Part shown: piece by piece, positions 13,281 through 25,933 of the stretch
Layout: each line of letters begins with the position of its first letter
Numbering within the stretch: the stretch's first letter is position 1
Assembly: GCA_043228905.1 (NCBI GenBank)
Contig: JBHGNT010000012.1
Location: forward strand, 11,470,001-11,534,000
Reading direction: 5' to 3'
Source: Azolla caroliniana
Taxonomy: Eukaryota > Plantae > Polypodiophyta
Length of the DNA stretch: 64,000 bases
Translations under genes and position numbers: made by a program
The notes under the pieces: generated by a model
Told to the model about the DNA's origin: nothing
Database searches by the model: none
What the model saw: only the letters and a program-made list of their open reading frames with translations

Positions 13281-15653
13281 TCAGAGCGGGATGCCGTTTC
13301 TCTTCTTCGGGTGCTTCCACAAGTATCCGTCCCGTAGAAAGAATCGGTACGCTTTCTTTCGGATCCGGTTGGCCTCGTCCTTTGTCCATGACGCGTCCGG
13401 CGTCATCGTCCTTAAGAATCCCCCAATCTGCAGCCACTCCCCTTCGTACTTGCTCTCGTCGAAGTTGTTAAGTGTCGGAGAGCATTCCCAGTTGGTTGTC
13501 ACGTAAGCCGCCTCGAAGAAGTCCACCCCGACTTCCTTGTCCTCTGAAACCATGTCGCCGTCGTTTTCGAACCTCGCCCTTGAAAGTATGTCGGCCATGG
13601 CGTTGTCTTTCCCGGAGATGTGTCGTATTTCCGGATTCAGGGACTTGATGTACGCTATCCACCTGAGCATTGCCAGGTCCGGCATCGCGCATCTGGAAAC
13701 CATGCCAAGAATTGACAGGCAGTCCGTCTCGATAATTACCTCTGCCCCGATCAGGTAGTCTTTATCGGCCTTTACCGCCGAAACGATACCCCAGAGCTCA
13801 CGTTTAACTTGGGCGTATCCTCGCTGTCGCTCGCTGAGGACCTTCGCGCCGAACCGGATCGGGAAACGCATGCCGTCCTCGTCCTCCTGGTTGACGATCC
13901 ATCCGATCCCGGTCGGACTCGTGTCTACCGTTACGTAAATTGGAGCGCTCTTTTCGTAGACAGCCTTTCGGAGCGCCGGAGCCACGACAAGTGCTTCCTT
14001 CATCTTCCGGACAGACTCCGTATGCTCGTCTCTCCACTCGAATTTTCGCCCCTTTTTCAGCAACCCGTATAACGGCTCCGCGACGTGAGCGTAATGCGGG
14101 ATCCATATGTGGTAGAATGCGCACGCTCCCAAGAACCTCCGTACCTCCGTGACCGAGTTACAGTCAGGCTTCATTGCGGAGATGGCTTCAACCTTAGCCG
14201 GAGACGGTTTCCGGCCATACGGTCCGCATAGATGTCCGACGACCATGATCTCTGATTGCCCGAAGGCCGATTTCTCCCCGGAGAAGGTGAGCCTCGCGTC
14301 CTCTAGCCTCTGCAGCACCCTTTCGCAGTCGTCAATGTGTGTCGCCACGAATTTCCGGCATCCGTCCGGTCCGATCGTTTCGTCCTTTTCCTCCACCAGA
14401 CATCCCTTGATCGGGACGTCGTCCAAAAACGGCATGGTGATGTCCGGGATACAATCCCTCAGCACTTTGTTCATTGCATTCACCATGTGAGCCACCGAGT
14501 TCATCCCTCCTTGCGGTAGGGTACACATCCGTACTAGGCCGAGAGGAGTTCGCATTGTCGTGATGTCTCTGCTTTCTATGGCTAGCTGGAACTGATCGTA
14601 CCCCGAGTAGAGATCACCAGCCGAGTAAATAGACCTTCCGGCGAAGGCCTCCGCGAACTCGTCTATCGTTGGTCCGATTCCTGCGTTCTGAATGGTCACT
14701 CTGTTGACCGGTTGCAGGTCTTGAATGAAGCGCAACGTCCCGTTCTTCTTCGGTACGGTAAACCACTGGTTCGAGTACGGGGCACTCGACGGTTCGAGGA
14801 TGCCCATATCGACTTTCTGCCTCAACAGCTCCATCAGCTCCGGGATGTAAGCTCTCAGTACCGGAATTGGTTTGAGATTCCACGGCACAAGCGGTACCGT
14901 GAATATCACCATCGGCTTCACGACTGTTGGGTCTACGCACCCGATCTCTTCCGGTGAGAATGCGAAGGCTTTCCCGTGCCTTCCGAGCATTCTCCGAAAC
15001 CGGTCTTCTTCCGCCGGCAGTAGGAACCTGCCCCCACCGATTTTGAGCTCCCGTAGCGTTCTGTCGGTGAAGGTGTGTCCTATGCAGGCCGGATCTCGTA
15101 AACTGGGGTCCGACGTGACCCCTTCAATTCGCAACTCGCTGCCCTCCGGTAAGGGTGCCGCGACTGGCCTTACATTCCGGTCCATAGTCTTGTACTTCGT
15201 GTTAACCTGGGCCGTCCGATCCGACTCGTGCCCCTGACTGAAGCCCGCGATGACTTCGTACATCTCTTCTGAACAAACCGGTATCGTCCGGTCTTCTTTA
15301 AGGCCCTCTTCGACCACCTCTCGCAGTATTCCCAAGGTATCGCCGAAGGAGACCGTCTCCATGGCTCTGTTGATTTCCTCGTTGGACCCGAGAACTCTGC
15401 ACGCCCGAAGTCGCTCTTCCGCCCTTGTCTTTTTTCGGCCAACGACGCCGACTATCACCCACCCTCCGTTGTCGGAGAAACAAAACTTCCTACTTATGGT
15501 ACAAGGTTTCTTCGGTTTCGCCTCTATTGTACATTTGTGGGGTTTTCCCGGAGTGTCTGGACTATCGCGGCCCCACACCTTGATAGCCCTCTCTAAAAAT
15601 CCTCTCGGTTCTCGCCGCCGAGGGACTCGCGGTTTCGCTCGTGGTTCAGTCAC
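13281..15653 (-). CDS. pol: C RT-RNase H ORF, 790 aa (no true start codon; probably entered by frameshift)
   Basis: YSNQWFTVPKKNGTLRFIQDL, DLYSGYDQ, PFLDD, VDTSPTGIG, ETDC. Confidence 0.92.
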   Translation of the reverse strand: MTEPRAKPRVPRRREPRGFLERAIKVWGRDSPDTPGKPHKCTIEAKPKKPCTISRKFCFSDNGGWVIVGVVGRKKTRAEERLRACRVLGSNEEINRAMETVSFGDTLGILREVVEEGLKEDRTIPVCSEEMYEVIAGFSQGHESDRTAQVNTKYKTMDRNVRPVAAPLPEGSELRIEGVTSDPSLRDPACIGHTFTDRTLRELKIGGGRFLLPAEEDRFRRMLGRHGKAFAFSPEEIGCVDPTVVKPMVIFTVPLVPWNLKPIPVLRAYIPELMELLRQKVDMGILEPSSAPYSNQWFTVPKKNGTLRFIQDLQPVNRVTIQNAGIGPTIDEFAEAFAGRSIYSAGDLYSGYDQFQLAIESRDITTMRTPLGLVRMCTLPQGGMNSVAHMVNAMNKVLRDCIPDITMPFLDDVPIKGCLVEEKDETIGPDGCRKFVATHIDDCERVLQRLEDARLTFSGEKSAFGQSEIMVVGHLCGPYGRKPSPAKVEAISAMKPDCNSVTEVRRFLGACAFYHIWIPHYAHVAEPLYGLLKKGRKFEWRDEHTESVRKMKEALVVAPALRKAVYEKSAPIYVTVDTSPTGIGWIVNQEDEDGMRFPIRFGAKVLSERQRGYAQVKRELWGIVSAVKADKDYLIGAEVIIETDCLSILGMVSRCAMPDLAMLRWIAYIKSLNPEIRHISGKDNAMADILSRARFENDGDMVSEDKEVGVDFFEAAYVTTNWECSPTLNNFDESKYEGEWLQIGGFLRTMTPDASWTKDEANRIRKKAYRFFLRDGYLWKHPKKRNGIPL

Positions 15654-17211
15654 ACCGTCAGGAACTGGACCGAATGACGCCCGTCCTGACTCTTGACCCT
15701 CGCATAAGCCGGCCCGTTGTCCAACACCTTGGTCTCCATCCGCGCTGCCGTAATGTACGGTTCTCCCAGTATGACCGGGTGCGAGGACGTCTCCGTGCCC
15801 AACCGGTATCCGCCCTTCTTCTGGTTATCCCGGGCACTGGTCTCACCGGCCTCGTTCCGTTTCAGCCCGAATCGGGTTTCATATCTCTGTGAGGGTCCGG
15901 CCCCTCCGGTTTTACCTACCCGTTTGTCTTCAACCAGAGCCTCGTAGTTCTGGCAAGCTGCTTCAACGAAACCCGTCTTTTCCTCGACCGGGTCACTCCA
16001 CCCGGTTACCTCCTGAACCCGCTTCTCCGCGCGGTCCGCCTCGTCTTTCCTTAGTTGGGCACCGGCGAGGCCTTCCAGCATCGTCGGCCAGAACTCGGCT
16101 TTGCTCTCCTTCCGGGCTTCGCTGCCTCCGACCCGAATACCGGCTGACGCCGAGTAGTGGACGGTCTCCGCGTGCCAGGCCGCCGCCTCTTCCATCAGCC
16201 TTTTCATTCCTCCTCGCTCGTCGTTTCGGTTCAGGGCCCTCCGGGTATCACTGGCGTGTACCCGACCTTCCCACAGGTACATACCTGGCTTCTCAAAGCC
16301 TCCGCAAAGTCCCCGCAGTCTTTCCGGATGTGGCCGACCTCGTCGCACCACATGCACCTATTTCCTGCCGGAGGCCGTCAGTCACGAGCCTGTTCGCCGC
16401 CTTCCCTCCGAGCCTGGGCGATCTGGAGATCCTTTACCGCCCGTGTCAACTCCTCCAAAGCTGTTCCCCCAGACGAGCCTCTGACCACGCCGGTCGAAGC
16501 CGAACCGGTTTCGAGCCACTCCCGGGTCTCTTCCCTTCGCGCCTGTGGTATCGGTTCGAGCTTCCTTGCTGCGACAGGACCCGCCCCGGTCGCCCCTGTA
16601 TCAGGCCACTCCCGCCGTTTGTCAAAGCGGCCGCGTAATCTTTTTACCGCGGCCCAGTTGGCCATCAACCCGTCTTCGGTTTCCAGTAAGGAGCCCACTT
16701 GCTCCCGATCCCGTGCGTCAACCGATTTGACAAACAGTAGGACACGACTTGTGTCCAGAACGGTCCGATCGAGCGCCGAAAGGCGTGCAAAGCGTTCCTC
16801 AAACTCCTGGAGGAGTACCGACGCATTTCTTCCTTTGTTGGGGGACTCCACCCACTCCATGAAGCCCCGCTTCGAAAGTCGAAGCGCGTCATCTAGCCCG
16901 TATTTCTCCAGGAGCCGTCCTTCGAACTCCTCCCAGGTCCGGCTCTCCGCCTGGACCTCGAGCACCTCCGTATGGATGCCTGGCATCGCCACTCGAGGGA
17001 ATCCGGCAAGACGCCTCTCTTCCGGAATATCCCTTATCAACATCTCCGCCCGGTAGGACGCCAAATAACTCGTGGCATCCTTTCCACTGAACCGGCCGAT
17101 CGTACCGACGATCGCCTCAATAGCCCTGTTAAGGGCGCCGGTGCCCTCGCGCGCGCTCACTATCCGGTCCACGGCCGAAGCCATGGCCTCTGCAAGATCC
17201 GACCCCCTCAT
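15650..17211 (-). pseudogene. gag: C gag plus residual protease C-terminus
   Basis: ORFs 16378-17211 and 15650-16357; collinear with the gag of B and I. Confidence 0.85.
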
Positions 17212-20200
17212 CTTCTACTCCTCTGCCGCCTTGTTCACTTCGGGTTCACCAAATATGTCGCGTTACTACGCGCGTGCTTGGAGAAACGAGGCGGGACCAC
17301 CGGGGTCTTGAACCGAAGAGCAGGTGATAGAAGGGGAAAGAGAAAGAGAGAGACGCCCGGTTACGTATGAGCAAAGGAACATAGGAACACGGCTCGTCAA
17401 CGCGGAAGACACGAATGGACACAGAGACAGAGAGACACGAATGTTTGTATATTAACGAATGACAAATAAACAATAGAGCACGAGAGCGGTTACAACCGAA
17501 CAGGCCGGCGAACAGATGCCGATGCCTGCTCGTTTGCGCACGAAAGGGGATAGGATGGAGGTGCTGCCGGAAGCACACGGGCGTTCCTCGAAGCAGCGCG
17601 AGCCTCCTGAAAACCTGCAGAGAAGAGCGATGGAGAATGAACAGAGGAGAAGCGTTCCGTTTTGGGTCCGACAACACTTCGTCCTCCTCAATGCTCTCCT
17701 CTCCCCGCATCTCCCTCTCTTTTATAGCTTCAAGAAGGGAGCCGTTCCCCTCATTAACTCCCTACCTACCGAATCTAACTACCTAGGATATATCTTTGTA
17801 CCTAATTCTCTATTATATACATTAAAGGGCGCGCACGCGTGAAGAGCTGGTTCACGCGCGCTATGCACCGATTGCGCTAAGGGACGGTTTTCTTCACGAC
17901 AACGTGCTAAAATACGAATTACAGATATGCTAGAAAGACAATATAAAGTGTACACAGAGATTTACGTGGAAACCCTAAAACGGGAAAAACCACGAGTGAA
18001 ACAGATTCTTCACTATAGTATAGTGGATATACAATATAGAGATAATTACAACACTTTGTCTAGTGTATCAGCCGCACAGGCCTCTTTGCGTCTGTTGTTA
18101 CACACATAGCTATGGCGCGACTCTCCCTTCTCACTCTCACGTTCTGTTCGTCTCACTCACACTGTTGAGTACACCGTTCATAACGTTTGCCCTAGTTGCA
18201 TATATACTTACACAACTTTCCGTCTATTTACATACGTAGCCCTCATGGAGAGCACACTTAGACTATTTACAGGTATAGTCTCCTGAGTTAGCTATTTACA
18301 CGATTCCGGTTTCGGCCTCGACCGAGTCGCTCATGAACTCGGCTCCTCGACTGTCGGCTTTCCGGACGGTCGGATCTTCCTTCCACTGGAGGGACATATC
18401 CCAACAATTAGTGGAGTTTGTGACAGAAGATTTGTCAAGGATGACTCGACATGCCTTGATGAAGTGGATAGAAAAGAAGAATAAGAAGATGAGCGCCTCG
18501 AGGGTGTACGGCGAATTCAACCAAATGTTTCGTCGTCTCCCCGCCACAGACCAAGTGCTACTTGAGGAGGACAAAACTTTGTACTTCCTAAAGGCTGTGG
18601 ATATAAATGATAGATGAGAACTGGGTACTCTCCTCGAAGATGGTACCCAAGCGAACGGGCTTGTGGCGGACTGGGTTGCGGTGAAGCGAGCATGCAATAG
18701 GCTTGACAAGTGTCGTCAGTGGGTTGATGACACTGGCTTGGCGGGATTGACTTTCACAGAGAAAACAAGACAACCGAAAGTAGCTGAGCTGCCCAAACAA
18801 AGCAGCTCGGAAGAAATGAAGATTGACGACGACATCATCGAAGATCTAGCGCAGAAGTTCGAGATGGTCACGCTAGCCAACATGAATCGTCGAGGCCCCA
18901 AAGGGAAAGAACCCTTTAGATGCGTGTGGTGCGATAGCATGGAACACATGAGAAGGGATTGCGCGAGCCTTTGAGAGGCGATCCGACAAAATATCGTATA
19001 CATAGATGACAATATGATCTACTCGACTGAAACTCGAAGACCCCTGCGGGTGAATTTCGGAAGAGGCGGAATGAAGAAATCTATGGAAGATGCTGAGGTG
19101 ACTCATGTGGATGCGATGCACTATGCTGCAATGGCCGGAATAAGAGTCGGGAAAGACAAAAATGAAGCTGCGAAAGTGGGAGCAAAGTTTTGGTCTTCCG
19201 TTCTCGAGTATGAGAAGATGGGGAAGGTCACATCGAATGAGATAGAGCTTGCAGACGAAAGTGTGCAAAGCATAACCGGGTGGTCCGATCCGGTGGATTA
19301 CAACACCATACTCGCGGAAGTGATATGCGACAACCACGAGGTGCTCGTCGAAGAAAAGAGAAAAAGAATAAAAGAGCAAGGCCCATAAAAAAGACATGAA
19401 ACAAGGAACATGAAAAAGAAAGAAGATGCAGAAACGAGTCAATCTTTACAAATGGAGGAAGGAGACGCTAGCTGAAAAGCGGAGTCAGTCAAATGAGTCG
19501 AAGAAACGGTTCGGCCCGTGAAGATTGGTGTCGAAGACCCTACTCGAAAGACAAGGACTATGCCTACCTATAAGCTAAGGTCGGACATAGAGCAGATGAC
19601 AAACCTGAAGAAGATTCTCGAGGAACGCATTCCTGATAGCCACGTGACTTTGTCCTTGAGGGAATTACTCGGCATTACGAAGGAGTTCCATGACACGATC
19701 GTGGACCTTGTAAAAAGAAAGAGGCAACAATCAAAAGAAGAAGAAGAGAAGCCACAAAAAGCAAAGAAAAATGCCATAACGATGGCAAGGGACGAAGTCG
19801 ATGAAGATATGGTGGACAACCACTATACTCGACCTCATTGGGCACGAACGACAACCGAGACGCCGATGAAGATCGGGGAGAAGAAAGAGACCGTGGTAGC
19901 CTTGATCGACCATGGATCGGAGATCAACCTCATGTCAACCGAGTTCTACAAAAAAGGGAAGATGGGCCAATCAATACAAACCACGGATGGAAGATTCGAG
20001 CGGCGACAAAGTCTACGGAGGACTTGTATGGAGCTTGTCCCAATGTTAAAGTCACGATCGGGGATGTGGAGATGGATCAACACTTCTTCGTGCAAGAATT
20101 CGCGTCGCATCCTGTCATCCTAGGACAACCGTATATCACATCATCCCAGATGGAGACCAAGGTGTTCGATAATGGAGCAGCATTCGAGCGAATCAAGAGT

Positions 20201-22192
20201 CTTGACAATCAAAGATCTGTTCAATTCCTAACGGTGTGAGCTAATCATGAAAGAAATTAAGATAGTCTTGGAGCCGAATCCCCGGATTTTTAGAGTGGAC
20301 TATTGAAGCACGGGGCACAAATAGTGATCACAAGTCCCCACAAAGGAGTAGAGCGCGTGGATTGCGAGGAGAAGCAACATGTGTCACACCTAGTGGCGCA
20401 TGTAAACTAGTACTACCCGACAAGAAGGACAAGCGTTGGATACAAGACTTCTAGAAGATGCTGAAAGAAGAAAACATAATAGAAGAAGAAGAGTTCGTGA
20501 CTCATATTATGGAAGAAGCCTCATTTAACGACACCATCGGTGAAATCGAGGAAGTCGTGGACTAGAGCTATCTTCATGATCAACATGTGATTTCGGTTAA
20601 CTCCATCAACATGTACGTTATCATCGATGAATACCATCGTGGCATCTTGATGGAGGAAACTGAAGTCAACAAAAAATATAAAACGGTGGATAAGAAGATC
20701 AAGCTAGTTGTGGTTCCGCTACTGGAAGATGACTGGCAAAAGATGAAGGATGTCGCGAGTGATCCAAGCTTAAGGGATCCGAAGGCAATAGGTCATGTCT
20801 TCATCGAAGAGACGAAGGGAAAGCTACAAGTTGGAAGGGAGGATTTCCTCATCCCTTAAGAAGAGAGAATGTTTCGCGACATGGGAAGGCTTTCACATTT
20901 TTCCCACAAGAAATCGGATGTGTTCATCCAAGGACAATAGAGCCGATGGTGATCTTCACGGTACCGCACGTACTTGGAATTTGAAACCGATACCAGTTTC
21001 GAGAGCACACCTACCAAAGCTGATCGAGTTCTTAAAGGAGAAGGTGAATATGGGAATTTTGGAACCGTCGAATGCTCCTTATTCTAATAGGTGGTTCACG
21101 GTGCTGAAGAAGAATGGATCATTGCGATTCATCCAAGATCTTCAACCCGTCAACAAGGTGACAATTCGGAATGCTGGAATTGGTCCGAGCGTGGACGAAT
21201 TTGCCGAAGTGTTTGCGGGGCGGTCCATCTACTCCATTGGCGATCTCTACTCTGGATACGACCCATTCCAGTTGGCGATCGACAATTGTCACATTACAAC
21301 CATGAGGACTCCGATCGGGCTCATGCGAATGTGTACCTTATGTCAAGGTGCAACAAACTCAGTGGCTCATATGGTGAATGCCATGAACAAGGTCTTGAAG
21401 GATTGCATCCCGGACATCACGATGCCATTCTTGGATGATATTCCGATAAAAGGAAGTTCGGATGAGGAGAAAGATGAATCGAAAGATAAGGAAGGGTGTA
21501 GAAAGTTGTCGCGGATCATATGAAAGATTGCGAGAAGGTGCTTCAAAGGCTCAAGTTGCGAATTTGACATTTTCGGGAGAAAAATCCGCTTTCGGGCATC
21601 CAGAGATCTTGGTGGTAGGTCACTTGTGTGGAGCATACGGCCGGAAGCCTTCGCCATCCAAGGTGAACGCGATCCAAGATATGAAAGAAGAATGCGTAAA
21701 CCAAATGGAGGTTCAAAGGTTCCTTGGAGCATGCACGTTTTATCATATCTGGATTCCGCACTACGCCCATGTCGCCGAGCCTTTATATGGGTCGCTAAAG
21801 AAAAGAATGAAGTTTGAATGGCGAGACGAGCACACGAACGCGATGCGAAGATTGAAGAAACTACTTCTTGAAGCTCCAGCACTAAGAAAGGCCAACTATA
21901 CCAAAGGGAGGCCGATTTATGTAACTCTAGATACGAGCCCAACCGGAATCGGGTGGGTCATCAACCAAGAAGGAGAAGATAATGCGTAGTATGCCATCCG
22001 GTTCGGAGTAAAGGTTCTCAACGAACGACAACAAAGATATGCCCAAGTCAAGCGGGAACTTTGGGGTATTGTGTCGGCAGTGAAGACAGACAAAGACTAC
22101 CTGATCGGGTCGGAAGTAATAATTGAGACAGATTGTCTCCCAATCCTCGGGATGATCTCAGGATGTGCGACACCAGATCTAGCTATGCTAAG

Positions 22193-24337
22193 TGTTACCC
22201 GGACCCGGACAGTCAGTTTTACCGAACAAGTGGGAAAGCGTCGAAAACAGAGTCGGTTCGGATCGACTGTTCGGATCAATGACTCAGCAGTAAACGAAGA
22301 GAACTAAGTTAGTTAGATAATTTTGTAAATCTTGATAGTAAGTAGGAATAGTTCTTGATGAGAAAAGACCTTCGGTATACCTATAAAAGGGAACCGAAGG
22401 CATTGTAAGAAAGGTCGTTCTATTTAGTAATATAAGTTTAAGTTAGGGATATCTTGTACGAATTCTGTGTTTCTTTTATTGTCTATGATCTTAAGTGCAA
22501 GCTTCCTAATTTATAACTAAGTAACGATCACGGTAATTACCGATTAATACAGTATAATTCCGTTCGTAAAACACAATTCCTTGTTAGAACGTTGAGTAGC
22601 GACGTTCACTCTTCTGTATCGGTAGTAGTTAGTACTTAGCCGATTAACACAGAAGAATTTTGGCACGCCCGGTTACATCTGCAATTCAGCAGAGAACAAT
22701 TCGAATGGATGTCGTATGAAGAGGAGGCACCGGTCAGTTGTAAGCGGCCTCGTACAAGGTCAGTTACGAAGGTAGTGCAGCAAGCGTTCATTGCGCAAGA
22801 ACAGCCGGAATCAAGCACAAAGTGGTCGAAACTTCCTGACTTATCCGATCAATTACCTTCAGACGAAAAACAGACGGAAGAGGTATCGTTTTACGACATT
22901 TGGGACGATATGCCTTATACTTATTCTAAGTTCCGGGAAGGAACAGATGCGGAAGCACATATTAGGGATTTCTTAACGACATGGGAGATTAACCATGGAG
23001 CTCAGCGATTGTCGGCAGATGCCGAAGATAAGTCAAAAATCGCTGAGTTCGTCTTATCATTAGACGGATATTCCGCTAATTGGTTTGCGCAGAACGGTCT
23101 TCAAGGATTTCCATCCTTTGAAGTATTAACTAGTAAATTTTTACAATTATTTCATCAACAAATTCCGCAGAAGGATTTGATTGCGCAATTTTATGCGTTA
23201 TATCAAGAAAAAAATGAAACAGTATCTCAGTTTGTGATACGATTTCAGAACTTACAGCTTCAGATTTCGAGGCCGATTCCGGATAAGGAATTAAAAGAAG
23301 TCTTTCTAGAAGCTGTAAAAGAACCATTAAGGACGACATTGAAAGTGTTCGATTTTCGAAATCAGACTATCGAACAAGTCATTGATAAAGCAATAGAAAT
23401 GGGTCGACCACCGGTCAATGTTCAGAGTATGGACATGTCGGCATTACACCGTACATTACCAACAATGGAGGAGTTACAATTTCGACAAGCAGTTCAATGC
23501 ACCACTTGTTTAAATACGGGGCATTCAGCAATTGACTGTACGTTAAGAACACATTGTACAATATGTCATTCAAAATTACATTCCGTAGAACAATGTGAAT
23601 ATAATCTGCTTAATAAGACTACGGCGTCAGTACGACAAATTTTTGCTGACAATGGTTACCAAAATAACACTAATCTGTTCAATGGTTATCAAAATAATAA
23701 TTTTTTACAAAATCAGCAAAATGTACAACAGAATCCGGTTATACAGCCAAATCAGATCTTTTCACAACAAAATATGCAACCCACTCAAGTGACTCAAGCA
23801 TATCAACCAGGTTTTGCTCAATCCAACCCACCATTCGTACAGAATCCGAATCAATATTTTCAACAAAATAATCAAAGTTTCCAACAAGGTAACCCACCAT
23901 TTCAAGGGTTTCAACAGAACTGTCCGAATGTGCAACCGAATTCTACATTTCAACCAAATCCGGCATTTCAACCGGGTAATATGACTTTTCAACATAATAC
24001 TCAAACTGTTCCACAAAATAATCAAATGTTTCAACAGAATAATTTTCAGCCAAATCAGGAGTTCGGGACACCACACAATATAGCACAACCAAATGATAAT
24101 ACTGAACAATTTAGGCAGAATCGGTATAAAAACAAGAGATTTTACAAACCAAAAGCTACACGTCAATACCAACAAAACCCGAATGGTAATGAAGAGCAGC
24201 AATTTAATAACGGGCAATTTGCACATGGAGAGACTAGTGCAACATTTGTGCCCACTTGTTACATTTGTCGACAACTAGGCCATTATGCTAATCAATGTCT
24301 TTTGTATCGGTAGTAGTTAGTACTTAGCCGATTAACA
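22193..24337 (+). mobile_element. Element E: pol-less gypsy-type element (5' LTR 22193-22649, ~40-bp 3' LTR remnant)
   Basis: TSD ctaag/ctaag; the LTR 3' tip is repeated at ~24300-24337; PBS TGGCACGCCCGGT at 22661 (tRNA-Arg type). Confidence 0.9.
22709..24313 (+). CDS. gag: Gag-like protein, 534 aa: capsid domain, three CCHC knuckles, long Q/N-rich region
   Basis: LYQEKNETVSQFVIRF (gypsy gag MHR-like); CTTCLNTGHSAIDC, CTICHSKLHSVEQC, CYICRQLGHYANQC. Confidence 0.85.
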   Translation: MSYEEEAPVSCKRPRTRSVTKVVQQAFIAQEQPESSTKWSKLPDLSDQLPSDEKQTEEVSFYDIWDDMPYTYSKFREGTDAEAHIRDFLTTWEINHGAQRLSADAEDKSKIAEFVLSLDGYSANWFAQNGLQGFPSFEVLTSKFLQLFHQQIPQKDLIAQFYALYQEKNETVSQFVIRFQNLQLQISRPIPDKELKEVFLEAVKEPLRTTLKVFDFRNQTIEQVIDKAIEMGRPPVNVQSMDMSALHRTLPTMEELQFRQAVQCTTCLNTGHSAIDCTLRTHCTICHSKLHSVEQCEYNLLNKTTASVRQIFADNGYQNNTNLFNGYQNNNFLQNQQNVQQNPVIQPNQIFSQQNMQPTQVTQAYQPGFAQSNPPFVQNPNQYFQQNNQSFQQGNPPFQGFQQNCPNVQPNSTFQPNPAFQPGNMTFQHNTQTVPQNNQMFQQNNFQPNQEFGTPHNIAQPNDNTEQFRQNRYKNKRFYKPKATRQYQQNPNGNEEQQFNNGQFAHGETSATFVPTCYICRQLGHYANQCLLYR

Positions 24338-25933
24338 CTAAGGTGGATCACTTATATCAAATGTTTAAACCCAAAGATCCACCATATTGCAGGGAAGAAG
24401 AATGCCATGGCTGACATACTATCGAGGGCAAGATTTGAGAATGAAAGTGACATGGTTTCGGAAGATGAAGATGTCACCCTCGACTTCTTCAAGATGGCTC
24501 GACTATCAGCGGAAGACAAGGACACACTAACCCTCCACGCCTTCAACGAGGACGAGTACAATGACAACGGATGCTTCATTGGCGAAGGAGGAGGCCCTAC
24601 GAATCTGGAAGAAAGCTTACCAATACTTCTTGAAGGGAGGCTTCCTTTGGCGACACCCAAAAAGAAGGACAAGAATACCATGTCGAGTGGTGGTGAAGAA
24701 AGAAGATCTAGTGACATTAATGACCAAATTCCACGAGAGTGCCTAGGCAGGTCATAGAGGAACATGGGCGACGTTCGAGAAGTTGAAGGAGAAGTACTAG
24801 TGGCCAAGCATGTACAAAGATGTACTCCATTTCGTGTCCACATGCGAAACATGCCAAGTACATTCGAATATACGTCATTGTGATGAACTACGACCGACAT
24901 AACCGCTCACCATACACTTCAAATGGATGGTGGATATGGTCTCAATGCCAATGGGAGTGGGACAAATGAAGTACTTATTTCTGGCAAGAGAAGACTTGAC
25001 AAATCAAGTGGAAAAGACGGGCCTTGACAAATAAGACGACATCAACTATTTCCAAATTTCTACTCGAAGAGGTTGTCTGCCGATACTGATGCGTGGGAAA
25101 GATAGTCGCCGACGGAGGGGATTTGGATGCACACGAAGCAATGAAGCTTTTCGAATGACTAGGCGTGAAGCTCTCCCTCACGACTGCCTACAATCCAGAA
25201 GCGAATGGGAAGATCGAGCGAGGGCATGGACCTATCGTCAAAGCCATCGTACGAGCATGCAACAGTGGAGTCGGGAATTGGCCACGACTATTGCCCTATG
25301 CCTTGTGGGCTAACAGAATGACACACAGCTCGGTGACAGGGTATATGCCAACGGAGCTTATGTATGGACAAAAGCCGGTAATGCCCATCGAAAAGATGAT
25401 CGCATCATGGGTAGTGAGAGAACAAGATGAGCCGAGAAGAGTTATTAGCGGTACGGATAAGGCAACTTGAAAGAAAACCTGAAGATCTAGAGAAAGCGCG
25501 AAAGATGATGGAGGCAGCCTGAGTGAAGAACAAAATTCGATTCGACAAGTTGCATTGACTTCGTCCCAAGAAGATCGAAGAAGGAGATTGGGTATTTGTC
25601 TACGACAACAACCTTGACAATCAACACAGTACAACAAGGAAGTTCGCAAGAAGATGGTTCAGACCGTATGTGGTGACAAGTGACAACGATAATGCCACAT
25701 ACCACCTTGCGGACCTAGACTGATCAAGGTTGGCCGTACCCATTGCGGGGAAAAGAGTAAAGATTTTCAAGAAAAGACAAGACGAAGATCATGACCTCAA
25801 TCACCTCGACGATGAAGATAATAGGAAGGATGTGAATGAGAATGTGGAAGAATCCGATTGATCACCGTAGCCGAAATCTTGCACTCTCTCTTCTTGGCAC
25901 GTACCAGAGGACGTGCGGTTTGGTGGGGGTGGA

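Larger units (their letters stand above)
11366..17901 (-). mobile_element. Element C: gypsy of the B lineage
   Basis: highly similar LTRs 11366-12022 and 17256-17901, TSD atgt/acgt, PBS-Trp 17234-17251, PPT GGTGGGAGCGGA. Confidence 0.96.
11319..18406 (-). mobile_element. copia solo LTR (11319-11365 + 17906-18406) in B gag, split by element C
   Basis: TG...CA ends, TSD attag/attag; B gag rejoins (EKAIL|VEFVTEDL). Confidence 0.88.
18412..25860 (+). pseudogene. pol: B gag-protease-RT-RNase H-integrase, degenerate, interrupted by E
   Basis: CVWCDSMEHMRRDC, LIDHGSEINLM, PFLDD, YNPEANGKIERGH. Confidence 0.92.

Noticed and set aside
15889-17056. Long + strand ORFs (249 and 299 aa)
   Set aside because: Antisense shadows of GC-rich C gag
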